Below are positions 49,501-58,943 of a DNA stretch of 64,000 nt, in pieces. This stretch comes from a bacterium. Its GTDB lineage: Bacteria > Electryoneota > Electryoneia > Electryoneales > Electryoneaceae. Where the stretch lies: NCBI GenBank assembly GCA_963675295.2, contig CAXXKJ010000002.1, positions 480,001-544,000 on the forward strand, read 5' to 3'. Under the pieces are notes generated by a model that saw only the letters and a program-made list of their open reading frames with translations, ran no database searches and was not told the origin of the DNA. Every line of letters begins with the position of its first letter. Position 1 is the first letter of the stretch. Both the position numbers and the translations under genes were made by a program.

Positions 49501-51066
49501 ATGAACGAACGCAACTGGTCCAGCTTTGTCAACGGCATCGCGGTCCTGCTGATCGCCGGCGGCCTGTTTACCGGCGGATGGATGGTGTACAGCGAATTTT
49601 TCGCTGCACCGCAGGAAGAAGAGCCCCCCGCCGATGTCGCGGACCGTCCAACATCTGACGATAACGGCGATTCGTGGAATCCCTTCGCCAGCCGTGACAA
49701 GGGAACGGCGCGCGAGGAGGACGGTCCCCGGTTTGGCGATGCGGAACAGGATTTCGACATCGGTCGCGGGATCGAGCGGGAACCGTTGCCGGTGGTCGGC
49801 GAATTCGAGAGCCCGTTTGTCGCGGTGGCGGATCGGCTGAAACCGTCCGTGGTGAACATCGTCGTCGAAGGGCGCCGGATGACGGACCCGTACCACCAGG
49901 GCGTCGAGATGCGTGGCGGCGGGACCGGGGTGATCGTGGATAAGCGCGGCTACGTGTTGACCAACAATCACGTGGTCAGCGGCGCGGAAGAGATTATCGT
50001 CACTTTATCCGGCGGTGAGGAACGGGAAGGAACCGTGCTCGGCGCGGACCCGGAATCCGACCTCGCGGTGATCGACATCGGGACAGTGCGGGATATCCGT
50101 GTCGCGCAACTCGGCGACAGTGACGCGATTTCCATCGGCGACTGGGCGATCGCGATGGGGAACCCGTTGGGATTGGACTGGACGTTAACGGTTGGCATCA
50201 TCAGCGCGAAAGGCCGCAGCGATTTGCGGATCGCGGGTGGTGGACCGGTGTTCCAGGATTTCATCCAGACTGATGCTTCCATCAATTTCGGCAACTCCGG
50301 TGGTCCGCTGGCGAACATCCACGGCGAGGTGATCGGGATTAACGCCGCGACGAACGCGTCCGCGAACGGCATCGGCTTCGCGATTCCGATCAACATGGCG
50401 CGCAAGGTGGTCGGACAGTTGCTTGAAACGGGCTATGTCCGGCGTGGCTACCTCGGGTTGGTGCCAACATTCCTCGACGGCCTCAAGAAAGAGGCGCTCG
50501 GGCTCGATGAAACAGTAGAAGGCATTTTCATCGAGAGTGTCGGCAAGGGCACCCCGGCGGAAGACGGCGGCATTGAAGGCGGCGATGTGGTTGTCGCGAT
50601 GGACGGCGATCCGGTCAGCGACGTCACCGATTTCCGGATGCGGATTGCGAACCATGAGCCCGGCGACAAGCTGAAGTTGACGGTAATCCGCAAGGGCGAT
50701 ATCAAGCAGCTCAGCTTTACGCTCGCGGATCGCAGCGATTTTGTAACCACCGCCAGCGAAGGACGTCGCATGGGCAACGGGCATTGGCTCGGGCTGGATG
50801 TGACGTCGTTGAACAGCCCGGAGGCGCGTCAGCTGGGTGTCAACGCGGATGTTGGTGTGATGGTGGTAAGTGTTGAGCCGGGCAGTGCGTCCGACGGCAA
50901 GCTGGAGCCGGGAGACGTGATTGTTCGTATTGGTGAAGATGAGGTCGAAACGTTGGAGGACTGGCGGCATCTCACCAGTACGCTCGGAGAACCGGAACGG
51001 GCGATTCTGATCAAGTACATTCCGGCCGGCCAGGGGTCGAGCCGGTTTCTGGCGTTGAAGCCGTGA
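49501..51066 (+). CDS. DegP/HtrA (Do family) serine protease with two PDZ domains
   Basis: N-terminal TM anchor; TNNHVV, DLAV, IQTDASINFGNSGG catalytic motifs; two PDZ repeats. Confidence 0.95.
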   Translation: MNERNWSSFVNGIAVLLIAGGLFTGGWMVYSEFFAAPQEEEPPADVADRPTSDDNGDSWNPFASRDKGTAREEDGPRFGDAEQDFDIGRGIEREPLPVVGEFESPFVAVADRLKPSVVNIVVEGRRMTDPYHQGVEMRGGGTGVIVDKRGYVLTNNHVVSGAEEIIVTLSGGEEREGTVLGADPESDLAVIDIGTVRDIRVAQLGDSDAISIGDWAIAMGNPLGLDWTLTVGIISAKGRSDLRIAGGGPVFQDFIQTDASINFGNSGGPLANIHGEVIGINAATNASANGIGFAIPINMARKVVGQLLETGYVRRGYLGLVPTFLDGLKKEALGLDETVEGIFIESVGKGTPAEDGGIEGGDVVVAMDGDPVSDVTDFRMRIANHEPGDKLKLTVIRKGDIKQLSFTLADRSDFVTTASEGRRMGNGHWLGLDVTSLNSPEARQLGVNADVGVMVVSVEPGSASDGKLEPGDVIVRIGEDEVETLEDWRHLTSTLGEPERAILIKYIPAGQGSSRFLALKP

Positions 51067-51134
51067 GCTGGTAGTCGGTACACGGTATTCGGTGATCGGT
51101 AAAAGAAAAAAAAATGTGGTAGATCGCGGAGTGT

Positions 51135-51292
51135 GGATGATCCCGGACTGAAGTCCGAGGGCATGTCCGTTCAGACACAGCGGCTGTGTTGTTCAGAGAG
51201 TAGATGACCCCAGACCTGAATGTCTGGGGAATGTTGAGAAGTAGTGGTTTGTAGTTATTTACCTTCAGGTCTCAGGTCTCAGGTCTCAGGTC
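51135..51292. repeat. Two palindromic elements and a heptamer tandem repeat
   Basis: GGATGATCCCGGACTGAAGTCCGAGGGCAT (51135-51164); GATGACCCCAGACCTGAATGTCTGGGGA (51203-51230); (TCAGGTC)4 at 51265-51292. Confidence 0.8.
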
Positions 51293-51336
51293 TGTTTTTG
51301 ATGTAATTCGGTTTGAACCGAGAGGAGAGAATTCGA

Positions 51337-52173
51337 GTGAACATTCGCGCTAATCAATCACTCGAGAAGTACCTGCAGGAGATCGGCGAGTACGATCTTC
51401 TGAAGACGCACGAAGAAATCGAGCTTGCCCGCGCGATCCGTGAGGGCAGCAAGGAAGCCTTGGAGAAGTTGACCAAGGCGAACCTTCGTTTCGTCGTCTC
51501 AGTCGCAAAACAATACCAGAACCAGGGTTTGTCGCTCGGCGATTTGATCAACGAGGGCAACCTGGGGCTTATCAAGGCGGCCGAACGTTTCGACGAAACC
51601 CGTGGGTTCAAGTTCATCTCGTACGCGGTGTGGTGGATCCGTCAGTCGATTCTACAGGCGTTGGCCGAGCAGAGTCGTGTGGTGCGTCTTCCGTTGAACC
51701 GTGTCGGCGCATTGAACAAGATCGGCAAGGCATACAGTTCGTTGGAGCAGAAATTCGAACGTGAGCCGAATTCCGATGAAATCGCAAAAGCGCTCGACAT
51801 GACTCCGGCGGAAGTGACCGACACGCTCAAGATGAGTGGCCGTCACCTGTCGATGGATGCGCCGTTCAACCAGGGCGAGGACAATCGTTTGCTGGACATC
51901 CTGCACAACGATCAGGAGCCGCCGCCGGACAGCGCGTTGATGAACGATTCGTTGAAGAAGGAAATCGAGCAGGCGCTGGCGACGTTGAGCCCGCGTGAAG
52001 CGGAAGTGATCCGGTTGTATTTCGGCCTGAACATCGACCAGCCGTTGACGCTGGAAGAGATCGGGGTGAAGTTCAGCCTGACGCGTGAACGTGTCCGTCA
52101 GATCAAGGAGAAGGCGATTCGCCGTCTGCGGCACGCGTCGCGAAGCAAGGCCCTGCGGGCGTACCTGGGGTAG
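51337..52173 (+). CDS. RNA polymerase sigma-70 factor, short RpoD/SigA type lacking region 1.1
   Basis: [44 protein letters not shown]...TRERVRQI; GAGGAG RBS before GTG 51337. Confidence 0.95.
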   Translation: MNIRANQSLEKYLQEIGEYDLLKTHEEIELARAIREGSKEALEKLTKANLRFVVSVAKQYQNQGLSLGDLINEGNLGLIKAAERFDETRGFKFISYAVWWIRQSILQALAEQSRVVRLPLNRVGALNKIGKAYSSLEQKFEREPNSDEIAKALDMTPAEVTDTLKMSGRHLSMDAPFNQGEDNRLLDILHNDQEPPPDSALMNDSLKKEIEQALATLSPREAEVIRLYFGLNIDQPLTLEEIGVKFSLTRERVRQIKEKAIRRLRHASRSKALRAYLG

Positions 52174-52205
52174 CCTTCAAGACAACGGAAATGATGTGCA
52201 ATTCG

Positions 52206-52233
52206 AGGCCTGGACGCGAGTTCAGGCTTTTTT
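52206..52233 (+). terminator. Intrinsic terminator of the sigma factor gene
   Basis: GCCTGGAC-GCGA-GTTCAGGC-TTTTTT. Confidence 0.8.
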
Positions 52234-52291
52234 GTGTCCGTTCCGGCCAACCGACCATGTTGAGCGGTTGGGTCAGGTTCGATGACCAACA

Positions 52292-52445
52292 GCGCGTAAA
52301 TCTGCACCGCAACTGCGCGTAAATCTGCAATTGAATTGCGCGTAAATCTGCAATTGAATTGCGCGTTTATCTGCACTGCGACTGCGCGTAAATCCGCACT
52401 GCAAGGTTGCGTAAATCTGCATTCGGAGTGCATATTTACGCGCAG
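52292..52445. repeat. 23-bp-period tandem array (6 copies) with terminal inverted copy
   Basis: Core GCGCGTAAATCTGCA at 52292, 52315, 52338, 52361, 52384, 52407; inverted TGCATATTTACGCGCAG at 52429-52445. Confidence 0.95.
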
Positions 52446-52499
52446 TTCCTGTAACTATTAATTATTTATTGCTATAGAAGGTTGGGTCTAAGCCGGGAA

Positions 52500-53279
52500 A
52501 TGGAGGAACAGTTGGCTTCAGGGCAACGATGGTCTCGTGAAGAGGTACTTGTCGCATTTCGGTTGTACTGTCATACTCCGTTTGGGAAATTACACCAGCG
52601 CAATCTACAAATCATCGATTTAGCCCGGCTTATCAGCCGGACGCCGTCAGCGTTGGCAATGAAGGCATGTAATTTTGCGAGTTTTGATCCGGTTCACCGT
52701 GAACGCAATGTAAAGGGGCTTGCCAATGCATCCGCGGGAGATCGTGAGGTTTGGGACGACTTCATCAAACAACCTGATCAAGTCGCCGTCGAGGCAGAGG
52801 TAGCGCAGGCGCAATTTGCGAAGGATCAGCACGAAGACGTAGCAAAACCGTTCCGTATACCTGAAGGACCAAGTGAAGTTGATCGCACAATTCAACAGCG
52901 AAGATTGCAGTCGTTCTTCCGGAAAGCAGTTCTGGCTAGCTATGAATACCGTTGCGCGCTGACAGGCATGACAATACAAGTGCTTTTGAACGCTAGCCAT
53001 ATCATTCCCTGGAGTGAAAGTCAGGCGCGGCGTGCGGACCCCAGCAATGGAATCTTGCTTAACGCGCTTCACGACCGGGCATTTGACCGTGGCTTAATCA
53101 CATTTGATGACTCAAATCAGGTCGTTGTCTCAAATCGGCTTCGCACGAAAACTGCTTCAACGTTCCAAGTGAAAACGCTGCTCGATTTCGAAGGCGCACC
53201 ACTAACACGGCCTCACCGTTTTGCTCCCGATCCCGAAGCCATGGCATACCACCGGGCCCATGTCTTTCTCGCGGACTAG
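52500..53279 (+). CDS. HNH endonuclease (putative restriction endonuclease type)
   Basis: WSREE...LYCHTPFG N-terminal domain; FRKAVLASYEYRCALTG, ASHIIPW, NGILLNALHDRAFDRGLI HNH core. Start is ATG 52500 or TTG 52512 (after GGAGG). Confidence 0.9.
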   Translation: MEEQLASGQRWSREEVLVAFRLYCHTPFGKLHQRNLQIIDLARLISRTPSALAMKACNFASFDPVHRERNVKGLANASAGDREVWDDFIKQPDQVAVEAEVAQAQFAKDQHEDVAKPFRIPEGPSEVDRTIQQRRLQSFFRKAVLASYEYRCALTGMTIQVLLNASHIIPWSESQARRADPSNGILLNALHDRAFDRGLITFDDSNQVVVSNRLRTKTASTFQVKTLLDFEGAPLTRPHRFAPDPEAMAYHRAHVFLAD

Positions 53280-53592
53280 GCCGATTTCGCCGCTGATAAC
53301 AATACACTAACAAAACACCGCCCGCCCGCACGTTGCCCCCTCCACAACTCCGGGATGGAGCATTGAGCGGATTGCAACCTGTTACAATTCCCCAAGTTCG
53401 TGAAACCGGCACAATCCCACGCGGTGATGGATCATGCCGCACACCACTGGCATTTCCGTTTGCACGCTTGTACGTTTCATCACATGATAGCCGAACATTG
53501 AAGACCATTTTTCACAGACAGCGGGGGGAGTTCGCTGTCTGTATTTCGTTGTGTGACTAAAACACTGGTTTCGAGAGACGAGGGGAAAAACG

Positions 53593-55287
53593 ATGAAGTC
53601 GAAATGGTGGTTGTTGACGGCGTTGTTATTGGCGTTGTCGCTGGTGCTGGTTGGGTGCGGCAGTGACGATGACGATGACAATGGCACAAATCCGGTCGAA
53701 CCGAATGATAAGGAAGCGGCGGATTTGAAGGTGGACGAAGCCAATGACATGTTGGCGGATATCATGTTCGACCTGGTGAACAACAATCCGGAGCAGCCGT
53801 CCGATGTGGACATGACGGAAGCGTACGAGCTGTATGAAGATGCCGTGCTGGCGGACGCTGACCATGCGGTGGGCAACTTCGGCATGGGGATGCTGGAAGT
53901 GGTGATGCTGACGGGTGACGACGAAACGCTGGACTTTTTCGACACGATGTCGGACTATTTCGAGGGGGACGCGTGGTTCCTCGAGGAAGACGGCGGTCCG
54001 GGGGCAGCGTTTGCGAATCCGGGTGCGTTGGGCAAGAATAGTGTGGCGATGCCGTTGACCGCGCCGGTGGCGATGATGGGCAACATGACCCGTTTCAATG
54101 CTGAGTACGGGTACCAGATCGGGGACATGCAGCAGTTTGTTCGTGACATGTTGATCCCGAAGGTGCAGCAGGCGATCGGTCATCTGGAGATTGTGCTGCG
54201 GGATGAAACGTTCACGTTCGTGGTGACGCCGGAGATGCAGGGCGACCCGGGCGAGGACGCGGTCGAGCTCGACCTGACGGAAGTTTACGCGGTTCTGGTG
54301 GCGATGAATTCGCTGGAAGCGTTGCTGCAGCAGTTTGTCGCGTACGATTGGGACATGGGACAGTATTCCGGTGATGACATGCTGGACGCGTTCACGCAAA
54401 GCTCCAGCTTCGGCGCGTTGACGGCGGACGGTGCCAACCGGATGAAGAAGGCGTTGGCGTGCTGGATTGCCGCCGGGGAAAATATCAGCAACGGCTTGGC
54501 GTTCCTCGAGGGTGAAACCGATCCGCAGCAGGATGATTTAATCCGGATCGACCCGTACGATGGCATCACCGAAGCGGAAGTTGACAGTGTGCGTCACTAC
54601 CTGACACAGATCATGGCGGCGATGACCGGTTCGACGACGATTGAGATTGTCGACGCTGACAACCAGCCGTACGATCTGGAAGTGTCGCTCTACAACTACT
54701 TCAACACACCGGTGCAGAATTTGAAGGCGCTGGTGCCGGAGTACACGGTCGCGGTGAAGCTCGACCCGGCGGGCTGGCCGATGTGGGATGACATGACCGA
54801 GGTGGCGAATGAATACCGGACGGTGACGATTACGGTTCCGTCGGCCGGCTATTACAGCTGGTACCGGAGTGGAAATTATTTCCGTGGCGAGGCGGAGTAC
54901 GAGTACGGCAGCTACACTGTTTATTCCCAGGTAATGGAGGATTTTTACGCGGGTATTGTCGCTGAGTACGAGGAATACGATTTCGCCGACATCTATGTCG
55001 ATTTCAGCCAGACGTTGCAGGCGGGGCAGCATGACGTCGAGGTTTGGGTGAATATTTATGTCGCGGACGTGCCGTATCGTTATGTTCCCGTGTTCACGTG
55101 GGTGGTGGACAGCGGCGAGGACTGGATTCTGCCGAATCCGACAGTCGGCGGTCTGTTCCCGGGCATGACCGATGCCGAGATCAAGGATCTGCTCGGTTGG
55201 ACACCGGACTACTGGAGCAAGAGCGAAACGTGGCACATCTGGGGCAACTGGTACTTCCCGATTCTGTGGGAACTCGGCGGTTTTTAA
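53593..55287 (+). CDS. Acidic lipoprotein of unknown function
   Basis: GAGGGG RBS; lipobox LVG-C followed by GSDDDDD; 564 aa. Confidence 0.85.
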   Translation: MKSKWWLLTALLLALSLVLVGCGSDDDDDNGTNPVEPNDKEAADLKVDEANDMLADIMFDLVNNNPEQPSDVDMTEAYELYEDAVLADADHAVGNFGMGMLEVVMLTGDDETLDFFDTMSDYFEGDAWFLEEDGGPGAAFANPGALGKNSVAMPLTAPVAMMGNMTRFNAEYGYQIGDMQQFVRDMLIPKVQQAIGHLEIVLRDETFTFVVTPEMQGDPGEDAVELDLTEVYAVLVAMNSLEALLQQFVAYDWDMGQYSGDDMLDAFTQSSSFGALTADGANRMKKALACWIAAGENISNGLAFLEGETDPQQDDLIRIDPYDGITEAEVDSVRHYLTQIMAAMTGSTTIEIVDADNQPYDLEVSLYNYFNTPVQNLKALVPEYTVAVKLDPAGWPMWDDMTEVANEYRTVTITVPSAGYYSWYRSGNYFRGEAEYEYGSYTVYSQVMEDFYAGIVAEYEEYDFADIYVDFSQTLQAGQHDVEVWVNIYVADVPYRYVPVFTWVVDSGEDWILPNPTVGGLFPGMTDAEIKDLLGWTPDYWSKSETWHIWGNWYFPILWELGGF

Positions 55288-56777
55288 TGCTTCGCTACGG
55301 TTGCATCAGACAGCTTATTCTGGCGTGGGCGGCGATAGTTCTGCTGCCCACGCTTTCTGTCTTCGCCCAGGACGGAATAACGGCGTTCCTGTTCGGCCTG
55401 CGAACTGAGACAGTGGGGTACGGTGGCGATGTCAGCGCGCTGGAACCGGCGGGGTATATCGCGGCGGATGCGCGCGGCGAACCGTTCACCACGATCGACC
55501 TCGGCGGCTCATACTCGGATCTCTACCGGCCCGGGGGGATGGAGGGGCCGGGATCGTCGTGGCTACGTGACGCTGGGCTCACGGTGACCCATCAGCGCCG
55601 GGACTGGCTCGACTGGTCGCTGGGCATGCGGGTGCGGACGACGGCGGGTGCGTCGGACGTGAATCTGGACGATCAGACGTCGATCCGCGGCCAGACGTCC
55701 CGAACCGGGGCGGCGGCGGTGTTGCGTGGGCGGAAGGCGTGGCTGGCCGGATACGCGGATGTCGGTTGGAGGGACCAGGGCCGGCCGGAGTCGGCGTTCG
55801 GACTGCGGGCGGACCCGTTGCGGTGGGTTTCGGCGGCGGTGAGCTGGCAGCGGCGTGCGCAGGATCTGGATGTGCTCGGGGTTCATGGTGGCGATCAGCT
55901 CGATCTGACCGTGGACGCCGCGACGGAGACCGTGGAAGGCTGGCTGCGGGTAGACCCGTGGCCGTGGATCGGGGTCGAAGCCAGCGTCGCGCGACGGTTG
56001 TGGATCGCCGGGAACACTCAGGGGTTAACACCGACACTGTTGCCGTGGGGGGACGATCTACGCAGCGCGGGGTTTGTCCGGGCGACATGGCGAGGGATGC
56101 GGTTGTCGCTCGGTGCGCGGTGGTTCGACGCCGGGTTGCAGGCGTACGGCCGCAAGGGCGAGTACAACTTTGCCAAGCTGACGAAGGCGGATCTGGGCGT
56201 GGACTCGCGTGTGGTGCAGCTCAAGGTGCCGCTAGGTGAGCAAGACGAGTTTGTCGTCGCGACCGGCGAGTGGGGTTGGATTGACGGCGCGGTGCGTGGC
56301 CACACGGAGTTCTGGCCGTGGACCTCTGGTTGGATCGACTACCTCGGGTTACGGCGGTATGGGCGTGGTGAATTTGGCGCACAGTTCACCCGTCTCCACG
56401 CCGGCTGGCAGCAACCGGTCAGCGAACGGGTCATAGTGCAGGCCGGGGTTCAGACGGTGGCGTTGACATTCGATCGGACCGGCGAATTCGAACACTGGCG
56501 GCCGGCGGTGCTGATCTTCGGGAAGGAAGATGTGCAGCTGGCGACGATGAAGCTGCGGCAGGTGACTGTTGCGCAGCTCAACCTCGGCGTGGTGTATCAG
56601 GGAAATGGCTGGTCGCTGGCGTACGCGTTCTCGCAGCTGCTTCCGGTATCGTCGGCGGAATGGCGTGAGGCGGGTGAGGGGGAACCGTCCGACCCGTCCA
56701 CGGGCGGCGGTGGAGGCCGTGTCAGCGAGTATGGCGGCGCGACGCATGTGCTGCGGGTGACTGTGGTATTGGACTAG
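55287..56777 (+). CDS. Probable outer-membrane beta-barrel protein
   Basis: TAATG overlap with the lipoprotein gene; signal peptide (VFA-Q); W/G/R-rich alternating strands; C-terminal HVLRVTVVLD. Confidence 0.7.
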   Translation: MLRYGCIRQLILAWAAIVLLPTLSVFAQDGITAFLFGLRTETVGYGGDVSALEPAGYIAADARGEPFTTIDLGGSYSDLYRPGGMEGPGSSWLRDAGLTVTHQRRDWLDWSLGMRVRTTAGASDVNLDDQTSIRGQTSRTGAAAVLRGRKAWLAGYADVGWRDQGRPESAFGLRADPLRWVSAAVSWQRRAQDLDVLGVHGGDQLDLTVDAATETVEGWLRVDPWPWIGVEASVARRLWIAGNTQGLTPTLLPWGDDLRSAGFVRATWRGMRLSLGARWFDAGLQAYGRKGEYNFAKLTKADLGVDSRVVQLKVPLGEQDEFVVATGEWGWIDGAVRGHTEFWPWTSGWIDYLGLRRYGRGEFGAQFTRLHAGWQQPVSERVIVQAGVQTVALTFDRTGEFEHWRPAVLIFGKEDVQLATMKLRQVTVAQLNLGVVYQGNGWSLAYAFSQLLPVSSAEWREAGEGEPSDPSTGGGGGRVSEYGGATHVLRVTVVLD

Positions 56778-57000
56778 CGGATAGCCTCAAGTTAGGAGGG
56801 CCAAAAACTGACATTCATATTGTTGTATAAACAACAGTTTATCCCGCGTTATTAGTTGTAGAGTTAGTATGATAAGTATTTGGAGTTTGTGGGTTGATTT
56901 TCCCTAGCTGACACTCTAGCTTAATTATCAAGTGTATTTGGGAGTATTCGTGTTACGGCGGATACTGGGTCTGGTCACACCGTTTCAACAGGGAGTCAAT

Positions 57001-57471
57001 ATGGCCGTCTGTTCATCTTGCAGCGCTGAGGTCGCACCGGGTGTCCGCTGGTGTACGGTTTGCCACACGAACGTGCAGGCGCCGGAAGTCGGGAAGCTGG
57101 CGTCCCCGGCCAAGCGTCTGATCGCGTTCATCCTTGACCTCATCATTCCGGTGATTGCGTTGTCGATGCTGATCGGCATGAGCGAGTCGAGCACTTTCAT
57201 GTCAATCCTCGGGACGCTGCTGTATCTGGCTTACATCGTGGGTGCGATTTACCTGTTCCTGCGTGGGACAACCCCGGGCAAGCGTGTGATGGGAATGTTT
57301 GTCGTGAAGGAAAACGGCAAGCGAGCCGGTCTGCTGACCATGCTGCTGCGTGAAACGGTTGGCAAGTGGCTGTCTGGCCTGGTCATGTCGCTTGGCTGGA
57401 TCTGGATCCTGATTGACAAGGAAAACCAGGGCTGGCACGACAAGCTGGCGAGCACTTACGTCGTCGGCTAG
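57001..57471 (+). CDS. RDD family membrane protein with N-terminal zinc ribbon
   Basis: GGAG RBS; CSSC...CTVC; KRLIAFILD, TPGKR, QGWHDKLASTYVV. Confidence 0.9.
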   Translation: MAVCSSCSAEVAPGVRWCTVCHTNVQAPEVGKLASPAKRLIAFILDLIIPVIALSMLIGMSESSTFMSILGTLLYLAYIVGAIYLFLRGTTPGKRVMGMFVVKENGKRAGLLTMLLRETVGKWLSGLVMSLGWIWILIDKENQGWHDKLASTYVVG

Positions 57472-57505
57472 CAGCGTCAGTCAGAAAGATTGTGGTTGCA
57501 GGAAC

Positions 57506-57535
57506 GCTCGGACACGACTTGTCCGGGCTTTTTTT
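57506..57535 (+). terminator. Intrinsic terminator
   Basis: GCTCGGACA...TGTCCGGGC-TTTTTTT. Confidence 0.75.
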
Positions 57536-57567
57536 ATTGGGGCAAAGATGAGAAACCTTGCGAGTGT

Positions 57568-57651
57568 GGATCATCCCAGACATGAATGTCTGGGGCATGG
57601 ATGTCGTGCGTCCTTGAACGGTAGATGATCCCGGGCTGAAGCCCGAGGGCA
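57568..57651. repeat. Two palindromic elements
   Basis: GGATCATCCCAGACATGAATGTCTGGGGCAT (57568-57598) and GATGATCCCGGGCTGAAGCCCGAGGGCA (57624-57651). Confidence 0.85.
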
Positions 57652-57682
57652 GGAACGTTTACAGGAAAGCGGTCGGGATGAA

Positions 57683-58615
57683 TTACAGGATCGCGGCGTC
57701 GAGGATTGCGGCGGTGAACAGCGCGAGCAGGTAGAAGATGGAGCGGATGAAAACAGTACGTGCGACCATCGGCGTGTTCTCGCGGACACCCTTGATCACC
57801 GACAGCAGGAAGTAGACGCCGAGCCCAATTGCGGCGGCACCGTAAATCCAACCGAGACCGAACCACAGCAGCGACAGGCTGGTCGCAAGCGTGACGATCG
57901 TGTACACGAGATTGCGTGTCCAAGTCGCCTTGTCACCCACCACCACCGGCATCATCGGGTAGTTGACCGCCTTGTAGTCATGCTTCATGTAAATCGCCAA
58001 AGACCAGAAATGCGGCGGAGTCCAGAAGAAAATGATCGCCAGCATCAGCAGCGGTGCAACCGCCACCTGGCCCGCGCCGGCGGTCCATGCGATCAGCGGT
58101 CCCATCGCGCCGGCGATCCCGCCGATGACGATGTTTTCCGGGGTGCGCGGCTTGAGGTACAGCGTGTAGAACAGGGCGTAGAAGAGGATCGTCCACAATG
58201 ACAGCAGTGCGGTCAACGGGTTGAACACGAACCAGAAGGCGACGGTGGAAATGATGCCGTTCAGCGCGGCAAACGTGAACGCTTCCCACGGCGCAATCTT
58301 GCCGCTGGGGAGCGGACGTTTCACCCGGGTGCGGGTCATCACGGCGTCGACATTGCGTTCGAAGAACTGGTTGAACGCGTTCGCCGAACCCGCCGCCATG
58401 CCGAGCAGCACCAGCGACAGCGCTAACAGGAGCGGGCTGGACAACAGCGATCCCTCGAGCACCGCACCCGCCGCGCCGGTGAGCACGACCAGCAGAACGA
58501 TGGTCGGCTTCGTCAGGGCATTGTAGGCCTGGATACGGTCACGCAGCCAGATCAGGGGGCTCACATCGTCCGCAGTGACAACGTTGGCGCTCTGGCTGTT
58601 TGGGGATGGGATCAC
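57683..58615 (-). CDS. ctaB: Protoheme IX farnesyltransferase (heme O synthase)
   Basis: LTKP, N...ERNVDAVMTRT..RPLPSG, NIVIGGIAGA, WTPPHFW..AI...DY motifs; start codon uncertain. Confidence 0.93.
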   Translation of the reverse strand: MIPSPNSQSANVVTADDVSPLIWLRDRIQAYNALTKPTIVLLVVLTGAAGAVLEGSLLSSPLLLALSLVLLGMAAGSANAFNQFFERNVDAVMTRTRVKRPLPSGKIAPWEAFTFAALNGIISTVAFWFVFNPLTALLSLWTILFYALFYTLYLKPRTPENIVIGGIAGAMGPLIAWTAGAGQVAVAPLLMLAIIFFWTPPHFWSLAIYMKHDYKAVNYPMMPVVVGDKATWTRNLVYTIVTLATSLSLLWFGLGWIYGAAAIGLGVYFLLSVIKGVRENTPMVARTVFIRSIFYLLALFTAAILDAAIL

Positions 58616-58720
58616 AGTCGTTTTTCCGCTCGTGCAGCCGTGTTGCGGCTGGATTTTTCGTGTTGCGCGTACTTCGTCAGGCGTTGGCTGATGCGAAGTT
58701 TCGCGTATTGTTTGGATGCG

Positions 58721-58738
58721 CAAAGTTAGGCAAAGTTA
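58721..58738 (-). promoter_or_regulatory. Tandem TAACTTTG boxes, candidate Bacteroidota-type -7 promoter element
   Basis: Minus strand TAACTTTG-CC-TAACTTTG upstream of ctaB matches the TAnnTTTG consensus twice. Confidence 0.4.
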
Positions 58739-58943
58739 ACTCGCGATGCACGCCTCGGGGAGACGAGTGTGGGGAGGGGAGAGCAGGGGGGATTGCAAAC
58801 ACAGAAGGCGCGTCAAAAAATCTGGAGATTCTTTGACGGTCGGGATGGAGTCACCGGGGACACCTTGGCGACAAAGTGTTTCCAGTGTCGCCGTGGTTTG
58901 ATTTTACCTCATCACTCGCGACTCATCACTCACAGCCAGGGCA

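Noticed and set aside
52292-52445. CRISPR array
   Set aside because: Repeat is 15 nt and spacers 8 nt, the spacers resemble each other, and no cas genes are present; kept only as a tandem array
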